Assembly: GCA_965250285.1 (NCBI GenBank)
Contig: OZ252299.1
Coordinates: 1,888,001 to 1,952,000 of the forward strand
Length of the DNA stretch: 64,000 nt
DNA from: Myxococcota bacterium
GTDB taxonomy: Bacteria; Myxococcota_A; UBA9160; UBA4427
Reading direction: 5' to 3'
A model generated the notes under the pieces. It was not told the DNA's origin. It did not search any database and saw only the letters and a program-made list of their open reading frames with translations. Positions 47,270-55,548 of the stretch are shown here, piece by piece. Both the position numbers and the translations under genes were made by a program. Every line of letters begins with the position of its first letter. The first letter of the stretch is position 1.

Positions 47270-48583
47270 TCAGTCGGCGCCCAGCGCCCGTCGGACGCGC
47301 AGTCGCAGGCCGTCGACGGCTACGACCTCGACGGCTTCACCGGCTTCGACCGGCTCCTCGGCCTCGACGTTCCAGTACTCGCCCCGGATGAAGATCTTGC
47401 CGGCCGGATCGAGCGCGGTGCTCGTTCGCCCCACCAGCCCGATCATCTCGTCGACACCCGCGACCTGATCCTTCATCAGACTGCGGCCGACGAGGAACGC
47501 GACCATGCCGGTAAAGGCGCCGAAGCCGACGACCACCGGCACGAGCACCGACCAGAAGTCGATGGTGAGGTCGGACATCTCCGGCACGTCGAACACCATC
47601 GTGCCGCCGACCAGAAAACAGAGGATGCCCGCGGCGAAGAGGACGCCGAAGCTGGTCACGAAAATCTCGGCCACGAGCAGCCCGATGCCCAACAGGATCA
47701 GCAGAATGCCGACCCAGTTGAAGGGCAGGATCTGCATCGCGAAGCCCGCGAGTACGAGGCACACGAGCCCCGTGGCCCCGGGCAGAAGCAGCCCGGGGTT
47801 CTGGAACTCGACGTACAGCCCGGCAAGCCCACCGAAGATCAGCAGCGCCACGATGTTCGGGTCGGCCAGAAAGCTGAAGATCGCCTGCAGCGTCGTCATC
47901 TCGAGCGAGCGCACCTCGACCGCCCCGAGCACGAGCTCGGTCTCCTCGCCGTCGACCTCGACGACGCGCCCGTTGATCTCCTCGAGCAGCTCCGCGCGAT
48001 TCTTCGCGATGAGGTCGACGACATTGAGCTCGACGGCCTCTTCGGGACCGATCGCCACCGAGTTGCGCACGGCTTCGGCGGCCCATTCGACGTTGCGATT
48101 GCGCTGCTTCGCGACCGATTCGATGTACGCGATCGTCATGTTCTCGATCTTCTCGGCCATGTAATCGCGGCTGTCGCCCTCTTCCTTCGTGTTGTCGCCG
48201 CCGACCGTGACCGGGTGCGCCGCGCCGATACTCGTGCCGGGCGACATGGCGGCCACATTGGCCGCCATCGTGATGAAGACACCCGCCGATCCGGCCCAGG
48301 CGCCGCGAGGCGTGACGTAGACGGCGACCGGCACGCGGGCGTTCAGCATCGACTGGATGATGTCCTGCGTCGATTGCAGCAGGCCGCCCGGCGTATCCAT
48401 CTCGATCAGCAGCAGCGCCGCACCATCGCGCTCGCTCTCGGCGATCGCGGTGTCGACGTAGTCGGCGACCGCCGGGTTGATGCCGCCATCGATCGTGATC
48501 ACGTTCACGTGGTTCGCATTCGCCGACGTCGCGAGCAACATCGACGCGACGACGAGCCCCAGCAGCTTGAATCCGCGGCGCAT
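47270..48583 (-). CDS. nfeD: Long-form NfeD membrane-bound serine protease (ClpP class)
   Basis: Signal peptide, DTPGG, A.SAG, IGAAHPV, TM block and a C-terminal OB fold (GEYW). Confidence 0.92.
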   Translation of the reverse strand: MRRGFKLLGLVVASMLLATSANANHVNVITIDGGINPAVADYVDTAIAESERDGAALLLIEMDTPGGLLQSTQDIIQSMLNARVPVAVYVTPRGAWAGSAGVFITMAANVAAMSPGTSIGAAHPVTVGGDNTKEEGDSRDYMAEKIENMTIAYIESVAKQRNRNVEWAAEAVRNSVAIGPEEAVELNVVDLIAKNRAELLEEINGRVVEVDGEETELVLGAVEVRSLEMTTLQAIFSFLADPNIVALLIFGGLAGLYVEFQNPGLLLPGATGLVCLVLAGFAMQILPFNWVGILLILLGIGLLVAEIFVTSFGVLFAAGILCFLVGGTMVFDVPEMSDLTIDFWSVLVPVVVGFGAFTGMVAFLVGRSLMKDQVAGVDEMIGLVGRTSTALDPAGKIFIRGEYWNVEAEEPVEAGEAVEVVAVDGLRLRVRRALGAD

Positions 48584-48618
48584 GGGTGCCTCCCTCGAAC
48601 GGCGCGATTGTGAGCGAC

Positions 48619-49833
48619 TCACGCCCGTCGCTCGCGGGCGATCTTCTCGATGCGATCGAAGAGCTGCGCCGCGACCTCGCGCTTCGGCAGGAGCGGCAGC
48701 TCCTCGACGTCGCCGCCGGGCCGCACGAAGAGCACGGCGTTGTCGTCGGTGCCAAAGCCGGCGTCGGTGCGCGAGATGTCGTTGGCGACGAGCAGATCGC
48801 AGCCCTTGCGCTCGATCTTGCGCTTCGCAGCGCCGACGACGTCGTGGCTCTCGGCTGCGAAGCCGACGACGATGCGGTCCCCCTTCTGCTCGCACACCTC
48901 GCTCAGAATGTCGGTCGTGGCGACGAGCTCGAGGTGCAGCCCGCTGCTCTCCGCGAGCGCCTCCTTCTTGATCTTCAGCTCTTCGGCGCGCGCGGGCCTG
49001 AAGTCGGCCACGGCCGCGGCCTTGATCACGATCGTCGAAGCCTCGAGCTGGCCGAGCACGGCCTCGCGCATCTGCGCGGCGGTGCCCACGTCGAGTCGCT
49101 CGACGCCCGACGGCGTTTCGAGGGAGACCGTCGGTCCGACGATGAGAAGCACCCGCGCGCCCCGGCCCGCCGCCTCCTCGGCAATGGCGAAGCCCATCTT
49201 GCCCGTCGACCGGTTCGTCACGCTGCGCACCGCATCGATCGGCTCGGCGGTGCCGCCGGCGGTCACGATCACCGTTTCGCCGGCCAGGCTCTTGGCCGTC
49301 AGCGCGGCCTCGGCTGCGGCCACGATCGCCTCGGGGGGCGACATCCGACCGAGGCCTTCCCACCCGCAAGCCAGCTCGCCGGCCTCGGGCCCGACGCGCA
49401 GCACACCGCGCTCGGCGAGCACCGCCACGTTGGCTTCGGTGGCGGGGTGGGACCACATATGGACGTTCATCGCCGGGGCGACGAGCACCGGCGCCCGGGT
49501 CGCGAGCAGCACCGCCGTCACCAGGTCGTCCGCGCGGCCGTGCACCATCCGCGCGAGTAGATCGGCGGTCGCCGGGGCGACGATGACGAGCTCGGCCCAG
49601 TCGGCGAGCCCGATGTGATCGATCTCCGATTCCTCCCCTGGGTCGAAGAGGTGCTGGCGAACGGGCTCGCCCGAGAGCGTCTGGAGCACGAGCGGGCTGA
49701 CGAACTCGGCCGCCGACCGGGTCAGCGCGCAGCGCACCTCGTGGCCCGCCTTCTTGAGCTGACGCACGAGCTCGGGCGCCTTGTAGGCGGCGATCCCACC
49801 GGTCACGGCCAGGACGATGCGGCGTGAATCCAT
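48619..49833 (-). CDS. coaBC: Phosphopantothenoylcysteine decarboxylase/ligase
   Basis: TGGIAAYKA, APATA, PAMN, LACG..G.GRM, TAG.T.E.ID.VR, STGKMG, AAVADF and GFAAE. Confidence 0.96.
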   Translation of the reverse strand: MDSRRIVLAVTGGIAAYKAPELVRQLKKAGHEVRCALTRSAAEFVSPLVLQTLSGEPVRQHLFDPGEESEIDHIGLADWAELVIVAPATADLLARMVHGRADDLVTAVLLATRAPVLVAPAMNVHMWSHPATEANVAVLAERGVLRVGPEAGELACGWEGLGRMSPPEAIVAAAEAALTAKSLAGETVIVTAGGTAEPIDAVRSVTNRSTGKMGFAIAEEAAGRGARVLLIVGPTVSLETPSGVERLDVGTAAQMREAVLGQLEASTIVIKAAAVADFRPARAEELKIKKEALAESSGLHLELVATTDILSEVCEQKGDRIVVGFAAESHDVVGAAKRKIERKGCDLLVANDISRTDAGFGTDDNAVLFVRPGGDVEELPLLPKREVAAQLFDRIEKIARERRA

Positions 49834-50156
49834 GCGAAGCGCTCCTTCACCCGACGGCTCCCGCCGTCCCCCGCACCGCGCACCGCGCGCGCGGGCCCCA
49901 TCTCGGTGCCCCCGAAGCCCCGGCCAGCCGGGTACGGGCACTCCCTCTTCGGTGCCCGACCGATCCGCTCGTGACGCCGAACCAGCACCGATCGTCTCGT
50001 CGACCACTCGGGGCGTTGAGCGAAGACCGACACGCTCCGAAACGGTCTCTTCGCAGCCGGAGGAGCCCGCGGGGACGACCTGGAGGAGGGTACCACCCCG
50101 ATCTGGCGCCCGCTCTCGACGGCGGACGCACCGGCGCCGGGCTTCTCGGGACGAAG

Positions 50157-51611
50157 CTAGTGGTCAGCCTTGCCGAGCAACGCCTCGAGTCGGTCGAGCC
50201 GGTCGGCCAGCGCGGCCGGCCCCGGGCCTTCTGCGTAGATGCGCACGCGCGGCTCCGTCCCCGATCGCCGCACGTAGCCGAAGCCATCGTCGAGCTCGAG
50301 ACGGATCGCGCCCTCTTCGATCGTCGCCTCGTGCACCCGGTCGGCCCCCAGCTGATCGGGCGGCGCCTGGCGCAGCGCTTCGAGCGCTGCGATGACATCC
50401 GGCGACGCGGGCAACGCGCGCCGGGCGCACGCCCGTCGGCCGAAGCGGCGCTCGAAGCCGCGCAGTCGCGCGCCGATCGCACCCGGCTCGGTCGCGACGA
50501 GTTCGGCGACGAGGATCCCGGCCAGGATGCCGTCCTTGTCACGCCCGATGGGCGCCCAGGCGAAGCCCCCGCTCTCGTCCCCCGCCACGTCGGCATGGCC
50601 GTCGAGCAGCGCGAGGGAGAGATGCTTGAAGCCGATCGGCCACCGCGTGACGGCGAGCCCGTGCGACTCGGCGACGCGGGCGACCAGACTGCCCGTGGCC
50701 GCGCCGATCGCCACACCGCGCTGGATGCGCCCGGTCTCGGCGAGTCGATCGACCAGCAGCGCACACGCCTCGGTCTCGCTGAGCAGGCGTCCGCCCGGCT
50801 CCACGACCGCGAAACGATCCGCGTCCCCGTCCGTCGCAAGTCCGAGGCACGGCCCTCCCGTGCGCTTGACCGCGCGGACGAGGGGAGCGAGGTGGGCGGC
50901 GACCGGGTCGGGTGGCTGTCCGCCGAAACCGGGATCGCGTTCGGCGCGCAGCGTCTCGACGCGGCACCCGGTCCGCCCGAGGATCGTGTCGAGCACACCG
51001 GCCCCGACGCCGTGCATCGCGTCGTAGAAGACGGTCAGGTCGCTGCGGGCGAGCGCGTCGCCATCGACGACGTCGAGCAGATCGGTCACGTATCGCTCGA
51101 GCAGCTGCACGTCGGCGACGGGCCAGCGCTCGGGCACCGCCGCGCCATCGCCGGGGTGTGCCGCGGCGAGGGCTTCGATCGTGGCGGCGTCGTCGTCACC
51201 GATCGCGCCGCCCCAGCGGCCGAAGACCTTGACGCCGTGATACTCGGGCGGGTTGTGGCTCGCCGTGATCATGACGCCGGCCGCGGCGTCGTAGCGGGCG
51301 ATCGCGCGCGTGAGGACGGGGGTGGGAACGGGCTCGTGGGCGGCGAGGACATCGCAGCCCGCGTCGGTGAGGATGCGCGCTGCGAGGCGGGCCATGCGCT
51401 CACTCAACAGGCGGGTGTCGTGACCGAGCACGATCCGCCGCCCGACGTCGGCGCCGAGCGCCCAGGTGGCCACCGCGTCACACAGGGCGGCGAGTGCGTC
51501 GAAACGGACGTCTTCACCGGCGATGCCACGCCAGCCACTGGTGCCGAACCGAATGGGGCGGGAGCTCGGGGTGGACGCGTCGTCCATCGCGTCGGTCATA
51601 TCGAAGTCCAT
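50157..51611 (-). CDS. Phosphoglucomutase/phosphomannomutase family protein
   Basis: FGTSGWRG, TASHNP, DGDADR, GFK, ESGG and SGTEP. Start could be 51599 or later. Confidence 0.9.
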   Translation of the reverse strand: MDFDMTDAMDDASTPSSRPIRFGTSGWRGIAGEDVRFDALAALCDAVATWALGADVGRRIVLGHDTRLLSERMARLAARILTDAGCDVLAAHEPVPTPVLTRAIARYDAAAGVMITASHNPPEYHGVKVFGRWGGAIGDDDAATIEALAAAHPGDGAAVPERWPVADVQLLERYVTDLLDVVDGDALARSDLTVFYDAMHGVGAGVLDTILGRTGCRVETLRAERDPGFGGQPPDPVAAHLAPLVRAVKRTGGPCLGLATDGDADRFAVVEPGGRLLSETEACALLVDRLAETGRIQRGVAIGAATGSLVARVAESHGLAVTRWPIGFKHLSLALLDGHADVAGDESGGFAWAPIGRDKDGILAGILVAELVATEPGAIGARLRGFERRFGRRACARRALPASPDVIAALEALRQAPPDQLGADRVHEATIEEGAIRLELDDGFGYVRRSGTEPRVRIYAEGPGPAALADRLDRLEALLGKADH

Positions 51612-51651
51612 CGGGTCGAGCCCGCGAGCGAGCGGGCTCGTCTGGCGGACG

Positions 51652-52155
51652 CTAGCGCCCCGAGGCGTATCGCTTCTGCAGATACTCAGCGACGATCGGC
51701 GGCACGAACTCGTCGACGCTCTCGCCGAACTGGACCAGCTCCTTGAGGCGCGACGAGCTGACGTAGAGGTAGTCCTGACTCGACGCGAGGAAGATGATCT
51801 CGACGCGGGGCTCGAGATGGCGATTCATCAGCGCCATCTCGAACTCGTACTCGAAGTCGCTCATCATGCGCAGGCCGCGAATGATCGCGCAGGCGCCGAT
51901 CGCCGTGGCGTGGTGCACCACGAGCCCGTCGAACGTCTCGACCCGCACGCGCTCGTGATTCGCGAGCATCCCTCGCAGCATCTCCAGCCGCTGCTCGACG
52001 TCGAAGGCGCCTGTCTTCTTCACGTTCTTCGCGACCGCGACCACCACTTCGTCGAAGAGGTGCAGGCTGCGGTCGATCAGGTCGAGGTGCCCGTTCGTGG
52101 GCGGGTCGAAGCTCGCGGGGAACAGGGCTACGCGTTTTTGGGTCGAGTCGGACAT
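51652..52155 (-). CDS. coaD: Phosphopantetheine adenylyltransferase
   Basis: FPASFDPPTNGHLD, IRGLR..SDFEYE, MN and SSS..KE. Confidence 0.95.
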   Translation of the reverse strand: MSDSTQKRVALFPASFDPPTNGHLDLIDRSLHLFDEVVVAVAKNVKKTGAFDVEQRLEMLRGMLANHERVRVETFDGLVVHHATAIGACAIIRGLRMMSDFEYEFEMALMNRHLEPRVEIIFLASSQDYLYVSSSRLKELVQFGESVDEFVPPIVAEYLQKRYASGR

Positions 52156-52186
52156 GTCGCCTCGTTCATGGCTCGCGCGACGGGGT

Positions 52187-52741
52187 TCAGGCGTCGTCGT
52201 GGGTCAGGAAGTACAGCACCGTGTCCCCGTAGGCGCGGTCGTCGAGCCGCACCAAACCGGGTACAGGCGGCAGAGCATGGCGCTTCGCCCCCTCGACGAC
52301 CACCCGCGCGCCCGACGCGAGCAGGGCGCCGTCGAGCAGCGCACCGAGGACACCCGACTCGAGTCCGGCGTCGTACGGGGGGTCGAAGAACACCACGTCG
52401 AAGCGGTCGCCCGCCCGCCCCAGCCTCTTGAGTGCAGCCCGCGCTTCTCCGCCCAGAACGCGGACGCGATCATCGAGCCCGAGATCGGCGGCGTTCGCGC
52501 GAATCACGCGCCGCGCTTCGGCGCCGCGGTCGAGCGCGACCAGCGACTTGGCCCCTCGGGAAAGAGCCTCGAGACCGAGTGCGCCCGACCCCGCACAGAT
52601 GTCGAGGATGGCGGCCTCACGCAGCACGTCCTCGCCGAGGATCGAGAACAGGGACTCGCGGACCCGGTCGCTCGTTGGCCGAGTGCCGCGCGGCACGCTT
52701 CGCAGCCGACGCCCGCCCAGTGTCCCGCCGATCACCCGCAT
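52187..52741 (-). CDS. rsmD: 16S rRNA m2G966 methyltransferase RsmD
   Basis: MRVIGG..GGRRL, RPTSDRVRESLFSIL, AGSGALGLEALSRGA and DPPY. Confidence 0.94.
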   Translation of the reverse strand: MRVIGGTLGGRRLRSVPRGTRPTSDRVRESLFSILGEDVLREAAILDICAGSGALGLEALSRGAKSLVALDRGAEARRVIRANAADLGLDDRVRVLGGEARAALKRLGRAGDRFDVVFFDPPYDAGLESGVLGALLDGALLASGARVVVEGAKRHALPPVPGLVRLDDRAYGDTVLYFLTHDDA

Positions 52742-53684
52742 GCCGCCGACCCTACCCCATCGTGCACGCATCGCCGGTCGGCGATTGGGCACGTCGCCCC
52801 ATCGCTGACTCGTTCGCTCGAGCGTCCGACACGCGTCGGCGTCCGGCTCGTCACCGGACGTGACCCAGAGTCGAACGACCGGCGATCGATCGCTCGGTGG
52901 TACGCCGTTCGGTGGCACCCGACACGGCATGGTGAGACACGCTCGGGTGAATCGAGGGATCGACTAGGGATTTACCCTGCTCGACTGCGCCGCTTCGAGC
53001 CGGGACGCGCGCAACTCGATCGCGTTCCGAAGTGCTTGGTCGAACATCGTCGCCCTGTGTGTATCGCATTCATGTGTCTGCTGTCCGGGACAGGCAGATC
53101 CACATCGGATGTTCATGCGAGCGCAAACCAAGGGAGAACCCCCACCACGTCGTTCAATTCGACGGAATGGGCGCGTTGCACCTTGATGGCTCGGTGACCC
53201 GTGCATAACATGCGCTCGCGTTCGATCCGGATACGCATCTTTGTGACAGCGCGCAACACGCCTTGCACCGTTCGATCACGGCGAAAGCGCACGAAGCAGA
53301 GAAACGGACGCACGAGACACGGCGACGGTACGCTCGAGCACCCGGGCGCGCCCGACGTCTCGTGCGGGATCGAACCGGGGGTGAGTGGGGTCCAAGATCC
53401 AAAGGACGAGCGTGTTTCGCCTCTCCTGTCTCTGCGCTGCACGTGCGACTCAGCACGGTGACGGGCGACGAGGGACGCGAGACGAGGGACGAACCCGCTT
53501 CGAGCCGTCGAGCGATCGATGCGCCCGTCGTCGATCGTCCGAACGATCGAACGACCCCACATCAGAGCAGTGACTGCACGCAGCAGCGCTGACTCGCCGC
53601 GATCGACCGTTGATCGATCGCAATGAGAACCAGAAGCAGAGAACCTGCGACCAAAGAAGAGAACAGAAGGAGAACAGGCTCGTC

Positions 53685-53924
53685 ATGTCCAAGACGTCCG
53701 TCGATCGAATCAAGCGGAAGCTTCCCGAACGCCTCGCCCAGATCCGGGGTGACCGCTCGCAGCGACAGTTTGCGCGCGACCTCGGCGTGTTCCAGCAGAA
53801 CGTGAACCGCTACGAAAACGGCACCACGCCGCATACCGACTTCTTGATCACGCTGGCGACGAAGGAGCGCGTCTCCCTCGACTGGCTGCTGCTCGGCAAG
53901 GGCCGCATGCGGCGCACCCGCTAG
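53685..53924 (+). CDS. Small XRE-family helix-turn-helix regulator
   Basis: ERLAQIRG..SQRQFARDLGVFQQNVNRYENG..P...L..LA....VSLDWLLLG. AAGGAG upstream. Confidence 0.88.
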   Translation: MSKTSVDRIKRKLPERLAQIRGDRSQRQFARDLGVFQQNVNRYENGTTPHTDFLITLATKERVSLDWLLLGKGRMRRTR

Positions 53925-54056
53925 ATCGAGCCGGGCAGGCGGCGCCGGGGCGTCTCGAACGCCGCGGCGCCCCGCCCTACTGGGCGCCCGGGCGGCTCCC
54001 AAGCCGCGGCGCCCGGCGCTTTCGAGCGCCCGACCGTTCCGGTCGCCGCGTCCCGA

Positions 54057-54164
54057 GCGTTCAACGCGTCTCGCGGGTTCAACGCGTCTCGCGCGTTCGA
54101 GGCGCCTCGAGCGGTCAGAACGTCTCGCGGGTTCCACGCGTCTCGCGCGTTCGAGGCGCCTCCC
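54057..54164. repeat. Six degenerate 18-bp tandem units with a 54-bp higher-order period
   Basis: gcgttcaacgcgtctcgc / gggttcaacgcgtctcgc / gcgttcgaggcgcctcga / gcggtcagaacgtctcgc / gggttccacgcgtctcgc / gcgttcgaggcgcctccc. Confidence 0.85.
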
Positions 54165-54433
54165 GCGCGCTCACTTCGTCTCCAGCGCGCCCGCCACGAC
54201 CGATGCGCCGGACGCCCGCGCTCTCCTTCAGCTCGCAGGCGCTCCGAGTCGATCCCGACCCCACGCACCCGACGGGCGGGCCCCTCGAGGGTCTCGCGGC
54301 CGCATCGCGCCGCAGGAGTGGAACTCCACTACCCACTCCCCATGGGCGCTGCCCCCTCGTTTCACATCACGCGCCGGCAACGCACAACGTAAGCCGCTGC
54401 GCGCAGAGGGCTCCCCTGCGAATGGGCGGTCCG

Positions 54434-54449
54434 TGGCACGCGGCTTGCT
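54434..54449 (+). promoter_or_regulatory. Sigma54 (-24/-12) promoter for the DUF5658-slt unit
   Basis: TGGCACGCGGCTTGCT matches TGGCACG-N4-TTGCW with exact GG-N10-GC spacing, about 60 bp above ATG 54513. Confidence 0.8.
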
Positions 54450-54512
54450 CTTCTCATCGGGCGAACCCTTCGCGCTCTCGACGACTCGCGGACTGCTGGA
54501 ACCCCGCCCCCG

Positions 54513-54848
54513 ATGCTGCGTCTTCTCGTTCTGATCACCCTCGCCCTGACGACCGCAGACCACTGGACCACGTGGCAGTGCCTGCGCGCGCCCGTGCCGG
54601 GCTGGAACGTGACCGAAGCGAACCCGGCCGCCAGCTGGCTGTTCCAGGCGACGGGCCTCGTGCCCGGGTTGCTCATCGACTCGGCCATCACCGTCGCCGC
54701 GGTGGCGTTCCTCGTCACGACGCAAGCGATCCCGCGTCCGGCGAAGCTCGCGTTCCTCGCGTTGATCTCGGTCTGCACGGGCTACGCGGTGGCGAACAAC
54801 GTGCTCGCGATTCGGGACATGGGGCTGCTCACGGTGGGGGTGTCCTGA
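54513..54848 (+). CDS. Small membrane protein, DUF5658-like
   Basis: D..TT...L...EANP motif, 3 TMs and C-terminal NN. Confidence 0.65.
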   Translation: MLRLLVLITLALTTADHWTTWQCLRAPVPGWNVTEANPAASWLFQATGLVPGLLIDSAITVAAVAFLVTTQAIPRPAKLAFLALISVCTGYAVANNVLAIRDMGLLTVGVS

Positions 54849-54852
54849 CGAG

Positions 54853-55548
54853 ATGCGACGCTTTGCCCCGATTCTGATCGTGTTCGGCCTCGCGAGCCTC
54901 TCGTGCAGCGGCTTCGGCTCCTTCTCGAATGCGCCGACCGACGCCGCTGCGGTGCTCGTCATCCCGCCGACCGAGCTCAAGGAAGCGCCCGAGCTCGCCC
55001 ATCCCATTCGCGCCGATCAGGATCAGCTCGCGGTCATCAAGGCCGACGCGCTCGACGGACGCGTGCGGGGTGAGATTCTCGACGAGCTCCACGCGCGACA
55101 TACCGGACTCTCGGATCGCGAGCTCATGCGACTCGCGTACACCATCGTCCAGGAGTCGGAGCGCCATGGGATCGACCCGACGCTCACGCTCGCGGTGATC
55201 AAGGTCGAGAGCGGCGGCTACCACCTCGCCGTGTCGCCCGTCGGTGCGCTCGGCCTGATGCAGCTGCTGCCGAGCACGGCCGAAGAGCTCGCCCGGAAGC
55301 ACGGGCTGCACTGGCGCGGCGCCAACTCGCTCTTCGATCCGATTCTGAACGTCAAGCTCGGCACCGCGTACCTCAGCCAGCTCGAGCGCAAGTACGGCAG
55401 CATGCACACCGCGCTCGCGGCGTACAACTGGGGGCCCGGTCGCATCGATCGGCGACTGCGGCGCGGCGCGTCGGTGCCGCGGCTCTACCGCGAGCAGGTG
55501 ATGAAGTTCTATGAGGCCGGCGGCAAGCCCTCGGCCTCGCGCTCGTGA
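54853..55548 (+). CDS. Soluble lytic transglycosylase (SLT domain), exported or lipoprotein
   Basis: AVIKVESG (catalytic Glu), GALGLMQL.P.TA, N...GT.YL and ALAAYN.GPG. Confidence 0.92.
   Translation: MRRFAPILIVFGLASLSCSGFGSFSNAPTDAAAVLVIPPTELKEAPELAHPIRADQDQLAVIKADALDGRVRGEILDELHARHTGLSDRELMRLAYTIVQESERHGIDPTLTLAVIKVESGGYHLAVSPVGALGLMQLLPSTAEELARKHGLHWRGANSLFDPILNVKLGTAYLSQLERKYGSMHTALAAYNWGPGRIDRRLRRGASVPRLYREQVMKFYEAGGKPSASRS

Noticed and set aside
52913..52930. Sigma54 promoter at TGGCACCCGACACGGCA
   Set aside because: The GG-to-GC spacing is 11, not 10, and there is no TTGC.
53360..53420. tRNA-like GGTTCGATCCC T-loop on the minus strand
   Set aside because: Only a 3-bp T-stem forms, and no acceptor, D or anticodon arms could be built.
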